39,412 nucleotides of DNA from Thiobacillus sp. (GCA_049283775.1 JBAPWR010000042.1:1-39412), one strand, 5' to 3'. Numbered from the stretch's first letter, positions 9,488 through 17,859 are shown. Notes: generated by a model from the letters alone, not told the origin. Program-made: numbers and translations.

Positions 9488-9691
9488 TCAGTGGTGTCCG
9501 CCGCTAGGCCTGCCCTTCAGGCGATACAGCGTGCCGCAGTAGGGACAGAGTGCCTCGCCGCTTGTCTCGATCGGCAGATAGACGCGAGGATGGGCGTTCC
9601 AGTCGGCATGCCGGGGCATCGGGCAATGCAGCGGCAGGTCGTCTTCGGATACTTCGATGATGCGCTGCTTGTTCTCTCGGCCTTGGTTCAT
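9488..9691 (-). CDS. Zinc-finger (zf-CHCC) protein
   Basis: LPLHCP...WNAHPRVYL...CPYCGTLY; lies directly downstream of ilvE. Confidence 0.85.
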   Translation of the reverse strand: MNQGRENKQRIIEVSEDDLPLHCPMPRHADWNAHPRVYLPIETSGEALCPYCGTLYRLKGRPSGGHH

Positions 9692-9700
9692 GTCGCGCCT

Positions 9701-10621
9701 CTAGATGACGGTCAGCCAATCGGTATGCCGCTTGTCGCGGCCATGCACGCAGTCGAAATACATGGACTGCAGGCGCGCGGTGATCGGGCCGCGGTCACCC
9801 GAGCCGATCTGGCGGTTGTCGAGCTCACGGATCGGCGTGACTTCGGCGGCGGTGCCGGTGAAGAAGGCTTCGTCGGCGATGTAGACCTCGTCGCGGGTGA
9901 TGCGCTTTTCGACCACCTTCAGGCCGATTTCCTCCGCCAGCTGGATGATGGTGTCGCGGGTCAGGCCGACCAGGGCCGAACTCGGATCCGGTGTATAGAG
10001 CTTGCCGTCACGGACGATGAAGATGTTTTCGCCCGAACCTTCCGAAACGAAACCGTCGACGTCCAGCAGCAGCGCCTCGTCGTAGCCGTCCGTCTCGGCC
10101 TCCTTGTGCGCGAGGATGGAGTTCATGTAGTTGCCATTGGCCTTGGCCTTGCACATGGTGACGTTGGAGTGGTGGCGCGAGAACGAGCTGGTCTTGACGC
10201 GGATGCCATGCTCCAGAGCTTCCTGCCCGAGGTAGGCACCCCATGGCCAGGCGGCGACGATGACGTGCACCGACAGGTTCTTCGCCGAAATGCCCATGGC
10301 TTCCGAGCCGAAGAAGGCCATCGGCCGCAGGTAGCCGGATTCGAGCTTGTTTTCGCGCACGACGGTGAGCTGCGCTGCGGAAATCGTCGCCTTGTCGTAG
10401 GGCATTTTCATGCCGAGGATGTGGGCCGAGCGGAACAGCCGGTCGGTGTGCTCGTCGAGACGGAAGATCGCCGTGCCCTGTTCGGCCTTGTAGGCGCGCA
10501 CTCCCTCGAAGACGCCCATGCCGTAATGCAGGGTGTGGGTGAGTACGTGGGTGGTGGCTTCTCTCCAAGGTACGAGCTTGCCGTCGTACCAGATGACGCC
10601 GTCGCGGTCGGCCATCGACAT
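9701..10621 (-). CDS. ilvE: Branched-chain amino acid aminotransferase
   Basis: MSMADRDGVIWYDG, HTLHYGMGVFEGVRAY, KAKANGNY, EGSGENIF, FFTGTAAEVTP. Confidence 0.96.
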   Translation of the reverse strand: MSMADRDGVIWYDGKLVPWREATTHVLTHTLHYGMGVFEGVRAYKAEQGTAIFRLDEHTDRLFRSAHILGMKMPYDKATISAAQLTVVRENKLESGYLRPMAFFGSEAMGISAKNLSVHVIVAAWPWGAYLGQEALEHGIRVKTSSFSRHHSNVTMCKAKANGNYMNSILAHKEAETDGYDEALLLDVDGFVSEGSGENIFIVRDGKLYTPDPSSALVGLTRDTIIQLAEEIGLKVVEKRITRDEVYIADEAFFTGTAAEVTPIRELDNRQIGSGDRGPITARLQSMYFDCVHGRDKRHTDWLTVI

Positions 10622-10726
10622 GTTGAACACTCCTGAAAATAGAGCCGCAGATTTTACCGGAATCCGTCTCGGGCAACGCGTTTCGTGTTGATCGTGGCGC
10701 GGGGCGTTTGTGGCAAACTGCCGCCC

Positions 10727-11491
10727 ATGCCGAAATTCCTGACGCGGTCCTGGAAGTGGATCCTCGCTGCCTTTTTGTTGTTGCCGCAAGGCGGTTGTGC
10801 CGAGCCTGCGCGTTTTGATTACTACCTGCTGGCCTTGAGCGTCGCGCCCGCGTTCTGCGAGGACCAGCCGGAGCGCAAGAAGTCCTACGCGCAATGCCGC
10901 AACCTGTCGGCCCCGTCCTTCCAGGCAATGCCCCTGACCCTGCATGGCTTGTGGCCGAATCGCCTCGACCGCAGGCACCCCGCCTATTGCAAGGGGGAAT
11001 CGCGCGGCGCGTTTTGCTCCTTGCCGCCGCTCAGCCTGACGACTCCAGCCCGCGCGCGGCTCGACAAGGTGATGCCCGGTGCAGCCGGCTGCCTTGATCG
11101 CTACCAATGGGCCAAGCACGGCAGCTGTTCCGGCATGCCGGCGGAGGCCTATTACACGGCCTCGGCCGAGTTGACCGAACGCGTCAACCGCGCCATCGGC
11201 GGCGAGATCGGCCGCCATATGGGCCGCGAGGTCAGTCTTGTCGAGCTGCGCGAGGCGTTGTCGAGGGCCGACCCGGAGCTGCTTGACGCCGTGAGCTTCG
11301 ATTGCCGGACGCCGCGCACCCCCGATCCTGCCAAGCGCCGACCCATGCTGCACGAGGTCAGAGTCCATTTCCAGATCGAGCCCGGTAGCGGCGGTCCGGG
11401 GCGCCCCATGCCCTATACCCGCGCCGGGGTCAGGCATTACAACTCCGGCTGCCCCGGAGGATCGGCCTATGTCGACACGCCGCTGGATTAG
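10727..11491 (+). CDS. Exported ribonuclease T2-family protein (RNase I-like)
   Basis: Signal peptide; FDYYLLALS..P.FC; CAS I LTLHGLWP; CAS II LDRYQWAKHGSC; several Cys. Confidence 0.88.
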   Translation: MPKFLTRSWKWILAAFLLLPQGGCAEPARFDYYLLALSVAPAFCEDQPERKKSYAQCRNLSAPSFQAMPLTLHGLWPNRLDRRHPAYCKGESRGAFCSLPPLSLTTPARARLDKVMPGAAGCLDRYQWAKHGSCSGMPAEAYYTASAELTERVNRAIGGEIGRHMGREVSLVELREALSRADPELLDAVSFDCRTPRTPDPAKRRPMLHEVRVHFQIEPGSGGPGRPMPYTRAGVRHYNSGCPGGSAYVDTPLD

Positions 11492-12353
11492 CCTCCTTTT
11501 CTGCGCCTGCCTGCCAGGATGGGCCGGCGCCGATGAGTGCCACGACGCGCTCGCAGCCTTTGATTACGTCCGGGCGGAGAAGCTGGCGCACCTGCGCTTG
11601 GCCGAACAGGCGCGGGACGGCTCGGCACTGATGTGCGAAGCCCGCGCGGCCTACGAGACCGGGCGCTTCGTCGCCGCCCTTGACATCCTGCGCCGTGTCG
11701 AGGCGCTTCAGCCTCAGGGCGAAGCGCGCACCTATCTCTACAACTGGCTGACCGTTACCCTGCGCAAGCTCGGACGCGAGCGCGAGGCCATGCAATATGG
11801 CCAGGCTGCCCTGGCGCGGGCGCGCGGCGAGACCAGTAGGCAGAACCTCGCCACCGCCCTGCACAACTTCGCCGGGCTGATGTGGGAGCGGCTGGACGCC
11901 AGCAATGCGATTGCGCTCTATCTCGAGTCAATTCCGCTGAATCCGGATCTGTCCGAGCGTTCGGCCAGCCTCAACAATCTCGGGCTGATCTTCCAGGCCC
12001 TCGGCCAGCCCGTGGCTGCGGAGCAGCGGCTGCAGGAGGCGATCGCGATCAACCGCGAGCATGGCCATTTCCACCATCTCGGCAAGCACCTGATGAACCT
12101 CGGCAACCTGTACCGCGAGCAGCGGCGTTTCGCCGAGGCGGCATCGCGGCTGGAGGAGGGCGCTATCCTGATCGAACTCGTGGGCGACCTGTACTGGCAG
12201 GCGGTCGCTGCCCGCTATCGAGGCTGGCTGGCGCGCGATCAGCGCGACTGGGCGGCCGCGGGTCGCTGGCTGGCAGAGGCGGCACGGAGCTATGAACTGG
12301 CCGGGGCCGTGGCGGATGCCCGGTCGACCCGCGCGGAACTCGCGAGGCTCTGA
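11469..12353 (+). CDS. Exported tetratricopeptide-repeat protein
   Basis: Signal peptide; repeated helical TPR units (ALHNFAG, SLNNLG, HLMNLGNLY); overlaps the RNase gene by 23 nt. Confidence 0.82.
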   Translation: MSTRRWISLLFCACLPGWAGADECHDALAAFDYVRAEKLAHLRLAEQARDGSALMCEARAAYETGRFVAALDILRRVEALQPQGEARTYLYNWLTVTLRKLGREREAMQYGQAALARARGETSRQNLATALHNFAGLMWERLDASNAIALYLESIPLNPDLSERSASLNNLGLIFQALGQPVAAEQRLQEAIAINREHGHFHHLGKHLMNLGNLYREQRRFAEAASRLEEGAILIELVGDLYWQAVAARYRGWLARDQRDWAAAGRWLAEAARSYELAGAVADARSTRAELARL

Positions 12354-12436
12354 ATCGATGCCAGCGAACTCCTGCGGCAGGCGTCTCGACGCCGTTAATC
12401 ACCAGCACCCACGGCCGGCCAAAGCAGATTTTTTCG

Positions 12437-12760
12437 CTACAGGTAGGCCTTGGCCTCCTCGCCTGGGTTTGGCAGGCCTCCGACCCGCCATGCTTCACGC
12501 GGATTGGGAAACAGTCGCTGCATGCAGTCCGCGCGCTGGCCGCTGAGGTGACAAACGTGGCTCAAGGCGATCACGCTGCCGTGTTTGCTGAACTCCTGGC
12601 GCAGGGCACGCAACACGCCAAGCTGCACATCATCGAGATGACCGATCCCGTCGGCACTGGCGATGCGCTCCGCCACAGCTTCGTTCCATACTGACGGATC
12701 GACGAGGAACCCGTCGCTGTCGAACTCGATTTCAGGTGAGATATTCGAATTGGTCTGCAT
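12437..12760 (-). CDS. TusE/DsrC-family protein lacking the C-terminal cysteines
   Basis: FDSDGFLVDPSVWNEAVAERIA...LFP...AWRVGGLPNPGEEAKAYL; GGAGG RBS before ATG at 12760. Confidence 0.85.
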   Translation of the reverse strand: MQTNSNISPEIEFDSDGFLVDPSVWNEAVAERIASADGIGHLDDVQLGVLRALRQEFSKHGSVIALSHVCHLSGQRADCMQRLFPNPREAWRVGGLPNPGEEAKAYL

Positions 12761-12884
12761 TTTCAGCCTCCTGATCGAAAGTCGCGGCTTTTTGTATAGC
12801 ACGTCCGCAGACCATCGAGGTGCCGATCAATGCGCCCGGGCTTGCGAGCTGGATTGAAAGGACAGTGGTCCAATGGGGCGCGGT

Positions 12885-13919
12885 TCAGGCAAGCTGATGG
12901 ATGAGCGTGCGTACCGGCGCGGGCAGGGCCGTCTGCAGGGCGGCCGCGGGCGTCAGCCACTGCTGTCCGGGGGAAGCGACCGAGAGAACGCGTGGCACGA
13001 GATGCAGGCAGACCGGCTGGATATGCAGCCGGAAGTGGGTGAAGCTGTGGCGGAGCGAGGGCAGGGCCTGCCGGGAATGAGGCGTATGACCGTAGCGCAT
13101 CCTGCAGCCGTCCATGGCATCGATGTCCGCCGGTAGTTCGGGCAGACTCCACAGGCCGCCCCAGATGCCACTTGGCGGCCGCTTTTCCAGCAACAGCTCG
13201 CCCCGGTCGAGCAGCAGCAACATCTGCACATGTTTTTCCGGCAGGGTCTTTTTCGGGCGGGGGACAGGCAGGCTGGCCCAGCGATCCTGCAGGCGGGCCT
13301 GACAATCGTCCTGGACCGGACAGGCGTGACAGGCAGGGCGGCTGCGGGTGCAGACGGCTGCACCGAGGTCCATCATTCCCTGCGTGTAGGCTTCGATATC
13401 CTGTTGCGGCAGACGCGATTCCGCCAAATGCCAGAGCGCGGCTTCGACCTTTTTCTCGCCCGGCCAGCCATCGATGGCGGCATGGCGAACCAGCACCCGT
13501 TTTACGTTGCCATCGAGTATCGCCTCAGCCCGTCCGAAGGCGAGGGCGGCAATCGCGGCTGCTGTCGAGCGGCCGATTCCGGGCAGCATCTGCAGTGGAT
13601 TACGCGTATCGGGGATTTTCCCTTCATGGCAGCTGGCGATCTGTTTTGCAGCGGCATGCAGATTGCGCGCGCGGCTGTAATACCCGAGTCCGCTCCAGAG
13701 TTCCAGTACCGAGTCCTCGTTGGCTGCGGCGAGCGTCGCCACATCCGGAAAGCGTTCGATGAAACGCTGGAAATAGGGAATGACCGTCGCGACCTGGGTC
13801 TGCTGCAGCATGATTTCCGACAGCCAGATCAGATAGGGGTCGCTGCTGGCCTGCCAGGGCAGGTCGTGGCGGCCGTGCTGGCGCTGCCAGTCGATGACGC
13901 GGGAGGAAAAACTTTTCAC
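12885..13919 (-). CDS. mutY: A/G-specific adenine glycosylase
   Basis: WLSEIMLQQTQV, WSGLGYYSRARN, LPGIG HhH motif, LDGNVKRV, Cx6Cx2Cx5C Fe-S motif, HSFTHF. Confidence 0.96.
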   Translation of the reverse strand: MKSFSSRVIDWQRQHGRHDLPWQASSDPYLIWLSEIMLQQTQVATVIPYFQRFIERFPDVATLAAANEDSVLELWSGLGYYSRARNLHAAAKQIASCHEGKIPDTRNPLQMLPGIGRSTAAAIAALAFGRAEAILDGNVKRVLVRHAAIDGWPGEKKVEAALWHLAESRLPQQDIEAYTQGMMDLGAAVCTRSRPACHACPVQDDCQARLQDRWASLPVPRPKKTLPEKHVQMLLLLDRGELLLEKRPPSGIWGGLWSLPELPADIDAMDGCRMRYGHTPHSRQALPSLRHSFTHFRLHIQPVCLHLVPRVLSVASPGQQWLTPAAALQTALPAPVRTLIHQLA

Positions 13920-13973
13920 CCCGGCAGGGTAACCGGGGTGAAATGGCCAATCAATAGATGGGCAGGAGGAGAC

Positions 13974-16205
13974 TCAGGCGTGGCCGAGTTTCTGGCGGAA
14001 CATGTTGAACAGCTTGCCGAAAGCGGAATCGGTGATGGACTTGCGTTCGACCACCAGCGCCTCGCCGCGGCGCAGTTTTTCGGCCAGGCGATGCAGCCCG
14101 ATGGAGAAGCTGTTCAGCCCGTCCTGGTCGGAGAACAGGTAGGTGTTCTTGATGCCGCTGACCCAGCCCAGGCGCGCCCAGCGGAAGGTGCCGTCGTCGT
14201 AATGGAATTCCACCCAATCCCCCTTGTTCAGGCTGCGGGCGCGCAGGGTGAAATCGTCATCGATTTCGGGCTCGGCGGGGACTTTGTGGGTCTCGGTGGC
14301 AGCGATCGCGGGCACTTCCTCCTCGAGGCTCGCCAGGGTGCTTTCGGACACTTGTGGAAGCGGGACGGTGAGATTGCCGGGGCGCACCGCGTTGGCGTGG
14401 AGGATGACCAGCGTGGCGAAGAAGACCTCGGTCTGATCAGGATCCATATCGATAGCGGCCACGCTCTCGCGCAGGCGCTTCAGCAGGCCGGGCAGTATTC
14501 TCACCAGCATCAGCCGAGAATCCATGTCGGGTTTGGGCTGGATGCTCCATACCAACTCACGCATGGTTTCAACATGGCTGCTGAAGTGGGCGCTGTTTTC
14601 ACCGTCCTCGATGTAATCCGCAATCAGGAGACGGGCCCAGTCGCGTCTGAGGAACGAGCGGATCGCGTCGTCGACCGTCTGTTCGCTGAGAGCGCGGTTG
14701 ATGAAGTCGTGGACCACGACCGGTGCCAGTTCGGCCCGTTCGGCGCGCTTGATTTCGGCTATGTCCTGCTGCAGTTCACTGTCTATCCGCAGATCGAGCG
14801 ATGCGTCGAGCGCTTCGAGTTCGTCCGCCGCCGATTCGAAGACGCCCATGTCCTTGTCGAACGTCTCGAGAACATGCGTGACGATGTCGGAAATTGCATT
14901 CAGGCTGGACTCCCCGTCATCGCAGCCGATGATGCGCACGGAGAGTGCCGCGATTGCGTCGAGCATGCGCCGCACGGGATGGTTGCGATGCGAGAAAAAG
15001 CTGCGATCAAGCATCGCGGCCTTGAGAACGGGAATCTGCAGGCGCGCGATCTGAGCCTTGAGCCTGTCGGGGATTGCGTCCTCGTTGAAAACCACGTCGA
15101 ACAGCATCGCGACGGCATCCACCATGATTGCGTCAAGCGGTGAGGCGGACTGCATGACCGGGCTTTGCTGCAAGTTGCGCAGGACGTTCTGGATCGTGTT
15201 GTTCTCGAGTATCGGCAATTCATAGATTGCGCCGCCAGGCAGCTGCAACTGACCATTCTGCAGGACACCAAGTGAATCCAGCAGATTCAGGGCAACCCCG
15301 GGGGCGACGGGCGCTGAGCCGGCCCCTGCGCCGGCGTAGGCAGGAGAACTTCCCGAGAAGCCGGCTCCCGCGCCGTTCATCGCTGCTCCGGCACCCGCGT
15401 GAGGCCCGGCTGCCAGCCGTTCGAACATACCCAGAATGTCAGAGTCTTCAGCTTGGGCGGAGGCGCTTGAGTGACTGCCGGGCCGTCTGTCGACAGGCCG
15501 GGTTTTCGAGCCGATCTTCAAATCGGGCAGGATGCCGTGGTCGCTGAGGTGGGTGTTGATGGACTGATAGATGCGCGGCAACTCCGAAGCCAGCAGCAGA
15601 TTGAACTGGTTGAGCAGGATCACCTGGATGTTTTGCGTCAGGCCGAGACTGTCGAAGCCATCGAGCAATGCCTGGCTGAGGATTTTGGGGCCGAGCGGGT
15701 TTTCGTTTTCCTGCAGATCGGCGCGTCCCAGCAGGCAGGCCACTCGGGTATCGAGCGCGACCAGTTGCTCGACGCTGCTGAAACGCAGGCGCGATGTGGC
15801 TTTATCAACTGCCAGGGCCAGCTCGAGGTCGATATCCCGGACCAGCGAGAGTTCGGTCAGGCTGAGTCCGGATGAACCTTCCTGCGGCCCTATGCTGCTG
15901 GCGACTTTTCGGCAATAGGCTTCCTTGCAGCTGGCAAGCAGTTCGTTGGCTTTCTTGTTGAGGACGCTTTGCGCATCGTAATAGTTGTTGCGGACGCCGA
16001 GGATGGGAGAGCGGTCAGCCATGCCCTGCAGGGCATTTTCCATCGCCTCGGTTTGCCGGTTGAGCACCCGGGTCACACCTTCGATCAACAGGTCCCGGGA
16101 CGCGTTCAGTAGCAACAGATTCTCGGCGGAAGGCTGCCCGCGGCGCGAACGATCGTACTGATTGAAATTCACCACCACTGAGTTGTCTTGCATTTCGCGC
16201 TCCAT
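13974..16205 (-). CDS. DUF1631-family protein (function unknown)
   Basis: 743-aa ORF with ENPLGP, IARLQIPVLKAAMLDRSFF...HPVRRMLD, LVWSIQPK and GDWVEF...LGWVS...YLF motifs typical of DUF1631. Alternative start at 16193 has a GGAG RBS. Confidence 0.8.
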   Translation of the reverse strand: MEREMQDNSVVVNFNQYDRSRRGQPSAENLLLLNASRDLLIEGVTRVLNRQTEAMENALQGMADRSPILGVRNNYYDAQSVLNKKANELLASCKEAYCRKVASSIGPQEGSSGLSLTELSLVRDIDLELALAVDKATSRLRFSSVEQLVALDTRVACLLGRADLQENENPLGPKILSQALLDGFDSLGLTQNIQVILLNQFNLLLASELPRIYQSINTHLSDHGILPDLKIGSKTRPVDRRPGSHSSASAQAEDSDILGMFERLAAGPHAGAGAAMNGAGAGFSGSSPAYAGAGAGSAPVAPGVALNLLDSLGVLQNGQLQLPGGAIYELPILENNTIQNVLRNLQQSPVMQSASPLDAIMVDAVAMLFDVVFNEDAIPDRLKAQIARLQIPVLKAAMLDRSFFSHRNHPVRRMLDAIAALSVRIIGCDDGESSLNAISDIVTHVLETFDKDMGVFESAADELEALDASLDLRIDSELQQDIAEIKRAERAELAPVVVHDFINRALSEQTVDDAIRSFLRRDWARLLIADYIEDGENSAHFSSHVETMRELVWSIQPKPDMDSRLMLVRILPGLLKRLRESVAAIDMDPDQTEVFFATLVILHANAVRPGNLTVPLPQVSESTLASLEEEVPAIAATETHKVPAEPEIDDDFTLRARSLNKGDWVEFHYDDGTFRWARLGWVSGIKNTYLFSDQDGLNSFSIGLHRLAEKLRRGEALVVERKSITDSAFGKLFNMFRQKLGHA

Positions 16206-16267
16206 TTGGTCACCCCACGGTTTCTCGGCGGTTGGCCGACGTCGACGGAGAAGGGCTGTCCGGAGTG

Positions 16268-16418
16268 CTGCCGGCGGCCCCGCTATCTCGCTTGCCCCAA
16301 GTGTTTTGGGGGCTGGCTTGCAGTTCGCTCCCGGTGATTAATCGGGAGCCGAACGCCAAGCCGGCGAGACCGGAAACTTTGCGTCCCCGCCTCGCGGCGG
16401 GTTTGCCCTGTTCGGTAG
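16268..16418 (-). ncRNA. Cyclic di-GMP-I (GEMM-I) riboswitch aptamer with an enlarged P3
   Basis: Minus strand reads CTACCGAACAGGGCAAACCCGCCGCGAGGCGGGGACGCAAAGTTTCCGGTCTCGC-[72 nt]-GCGAGATAGCGGGGCCGCCGGCAG. It matches the GEMM-I blocks GGGCAAACC, P2 capped by a GNRA (GCGA) loop, GGGACGCAAAG, CCGGTCT and GATAGCGGG, and lies in the leader of the DUF1631 gene. Confidence 0.88.
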
Positions 16419-16462
16419 TCGGCGACTGTGTCGAAAAGCGGACACAAAACCGCACAACTGGT

Positions 16463-16490
16463 ATTTCGGAAAAGCCGCGGGAAAACTTTA
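16463..16490 (-). promoter_or_regulatory. Candidate sigma28 (FliA)-type promoter
   Basis: TAAAGTTT-N12-TCCGAAAT against consensus TAAAGTTT-N11-GCCGATAA; about 45 nt upstream of the riboswitch. Confidence 0.4.
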
Positions 16491-16697
16491 GCCCGGGTGT
16501 CGAAAATTTGTCGGGATTGTCGAAACTCCTGTCCTGGCCTCGCAACGCCAGGCAGGAAAAGCTGATATCTCGTCGGGGTGATTTTTCTGACTCAGCTGCC
16601 CGGCAGGATGATGAAAAATAATCGGATGGGTATTGCCGGGCCGTCGTCGCGCGGCACTTGGTCGAAACCGGGAATTTCTGCATAGATGCGCCGGAAC

Positions 16698-16771
16698 TGG
16701 AGCGGGCGAAGGGAATCGAACCCTCCTCATGAGCTTGGGAAGCTCAGGTAATGCCACTATACGACGCCCGC
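16698..16771 (-). tRNA. tRNA-Gly (anticodon CCC)
   Basis: GCGGGCGTCGTATAGTGGCATTACCTGAGCTTCCCAAGCTCATGAGGAGGGTTCGATTCCCTTCGCCCGCTCCA: 74 nt, GCGGGCG acceptor stem, TTCGA T-loop, encoded CCA. Confidence 0.97.
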
Positions 16772-16819
16772 AAGCGCTAAAATCGGCATTCTACTTAATA
16801 GTGTTGTTGGATTGAAGTT

Positions 16820-17023
16820 TTGATTAATCTAATCATCAACGGCGAATCGCGGCAGTTCCCCGCCAGCTTGTCGGTCGCCGGGCTGGTCGAGTCGCTCGAC
16901 CTGCAGGGCAAGCGTGTGGCGATCGAAAGGAATGGCGAAATCGTTCCGCGCAGCCAGTATCCCGAAACCAGGCTTGATGACGGCGACCGCCTGGAAATCG
17001 TGGTCGCGGTCGGCGGCGGCTGA
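16820..17023 (+). CDS. thiS: Sulfur carrier protein ThiS
   Basis: [13 protein letters not shown]...[13 protein letters not shown] with C-terminal Gly-Gly; directly upstream of thiG. Confidence 0.95.
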   Translation: MINLIINGESRQFPASLSVAGLVESLDLQGKRVAIERNGEIVPRSQYPETRLDDGDRLEIVVAVGGG

Positions 17024-17066
17024 TCTCCCGCTGCATTCCTTCTCTAAATTACCCCAAGCGAATCTT

Positions 17067-17855
17067 ATGGAACCACTCATCATCGCCGGCAAGGCCTATT
17101 CATCGCGCCTGCTGGTCGGAACCGGAAAATACCAGGACTTCGAGCAGACCCGTCTGGCGGTCGAGGCCTCGGGTGCGGAAATCGTCACCGTCGCCATTCG
17201 CCGCACCAATATCGGCCAGGAAGCCGGCCAGCCCAGCCTGCTCGATGCGCTGCCGCCGTCCAAATACACCTATCTGCCGAACACTGCCGGCTGTTACACC
17301 GCCGACGACGCGATCCGGACCCTGCGCCTGGCGCGCGAACTGCTGGACGGCCATAGCCTGGTCAAGCTCGAAGTGCTGGGCGATCCGCAGAGCCTCTATC
17401 CCAACGTGGTGGAAACCCTCAAGGCCGCGGAAATTCTGGTCAAGGATGGCTTCCAGGTAATGGTCTACACGTCAGATGATCCGATCATCGCCAAACAACT
17501 CGAGGACATCGGCTGCGTTGCGGTCATGCCGCTGGCATCGCTTATCGGTTCCGGCATGGGCATTTTGAACCCCTGGAATTTGCAGATCATCATCGACCGG
17601 GTCAAGGTGCCGGTGGTGGTCGATGCCGGCGTGGGAACGGCTTCGGACGCCGCCATCGCCATGGAGCTTGGCTGCGACGCAGTGCTGATGAATACCGCCA
17701 TTGCCGGCGCGCAGAACCCGGTGCTGATGGCGTCGGCCATGAGAAAAGCCGTGGAGGCCGGGCGCGAAGCCTATCTGGCCGGGCGCATGCCGAAGAAGGT
17801 CTATCAGGCCAGCCCGAGTTCGCCGACCTCCGGCCTGATCAGCGGCAGCAAGTAA
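17067..17855 (+). CDS. thiG: Thiazole synthase
   Basis: [45 protein letters not shown]. Confidence 0.97.
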   Translation: MEPLIIAGKAYSSRLLVGTGKYQDFEQTRLAVEASGAEIVTVAIRRTNIGQEAGQPSLLDALPPSKYTYLPNTAGCYTADDAIRTLRLARELLDGHSLVKLEVLGDPQSLYPNVVETLKAAEILVKDGFQVMVYTSDDPIIAKQLEDIGCVAVMPLASLIGSGMGILNPWNLQIIIDRVKVPVVVDAGVGTASDAAIAMELGCDAVLMNTAIAGAQNPVLMASAMRKAVEAGREAYLAGRMPKKVYQASPSSPTSGLISGSK

Positions 17856-17859
17856 ACCG

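Noticed and set aside
16314..16328. Plus-strand GG-N10-GC (TGGCTTGCAGTTCGC) as an antisense sigma54 promoter
   Set aside because: Poor match outside GG/GC, and the sequence is explained by riboswitch hairpin pairing.
16400..16412. The riboswitch as a 3',3'-cGAMP-sensing variant
   Set aside because: The position-20 equivalent is G (ACAGGGCAAACC), not A. This is by-eye alignment, so binding tests are still needed.
16210..16757. Short ORFs in the DUF1631-tRNA spacer (16210-16683, 16232-16621, 16488-16757)
   Set aside because: They overlap the riboswitch and tRNA and show no recognisable protein features.
13974..16771. tRNA-Gly as the integration site of an island
   Set aside because: No integrase, no duplicated tRNA 3' end seen in the window, and the flanking genes are housekeeping.
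16772..16819. TPP riboswitch upstream of thiS-thiG
   Set aside because: The spacer is only 48 nt and lacks the CTGAGA and CCTGA core motifs.
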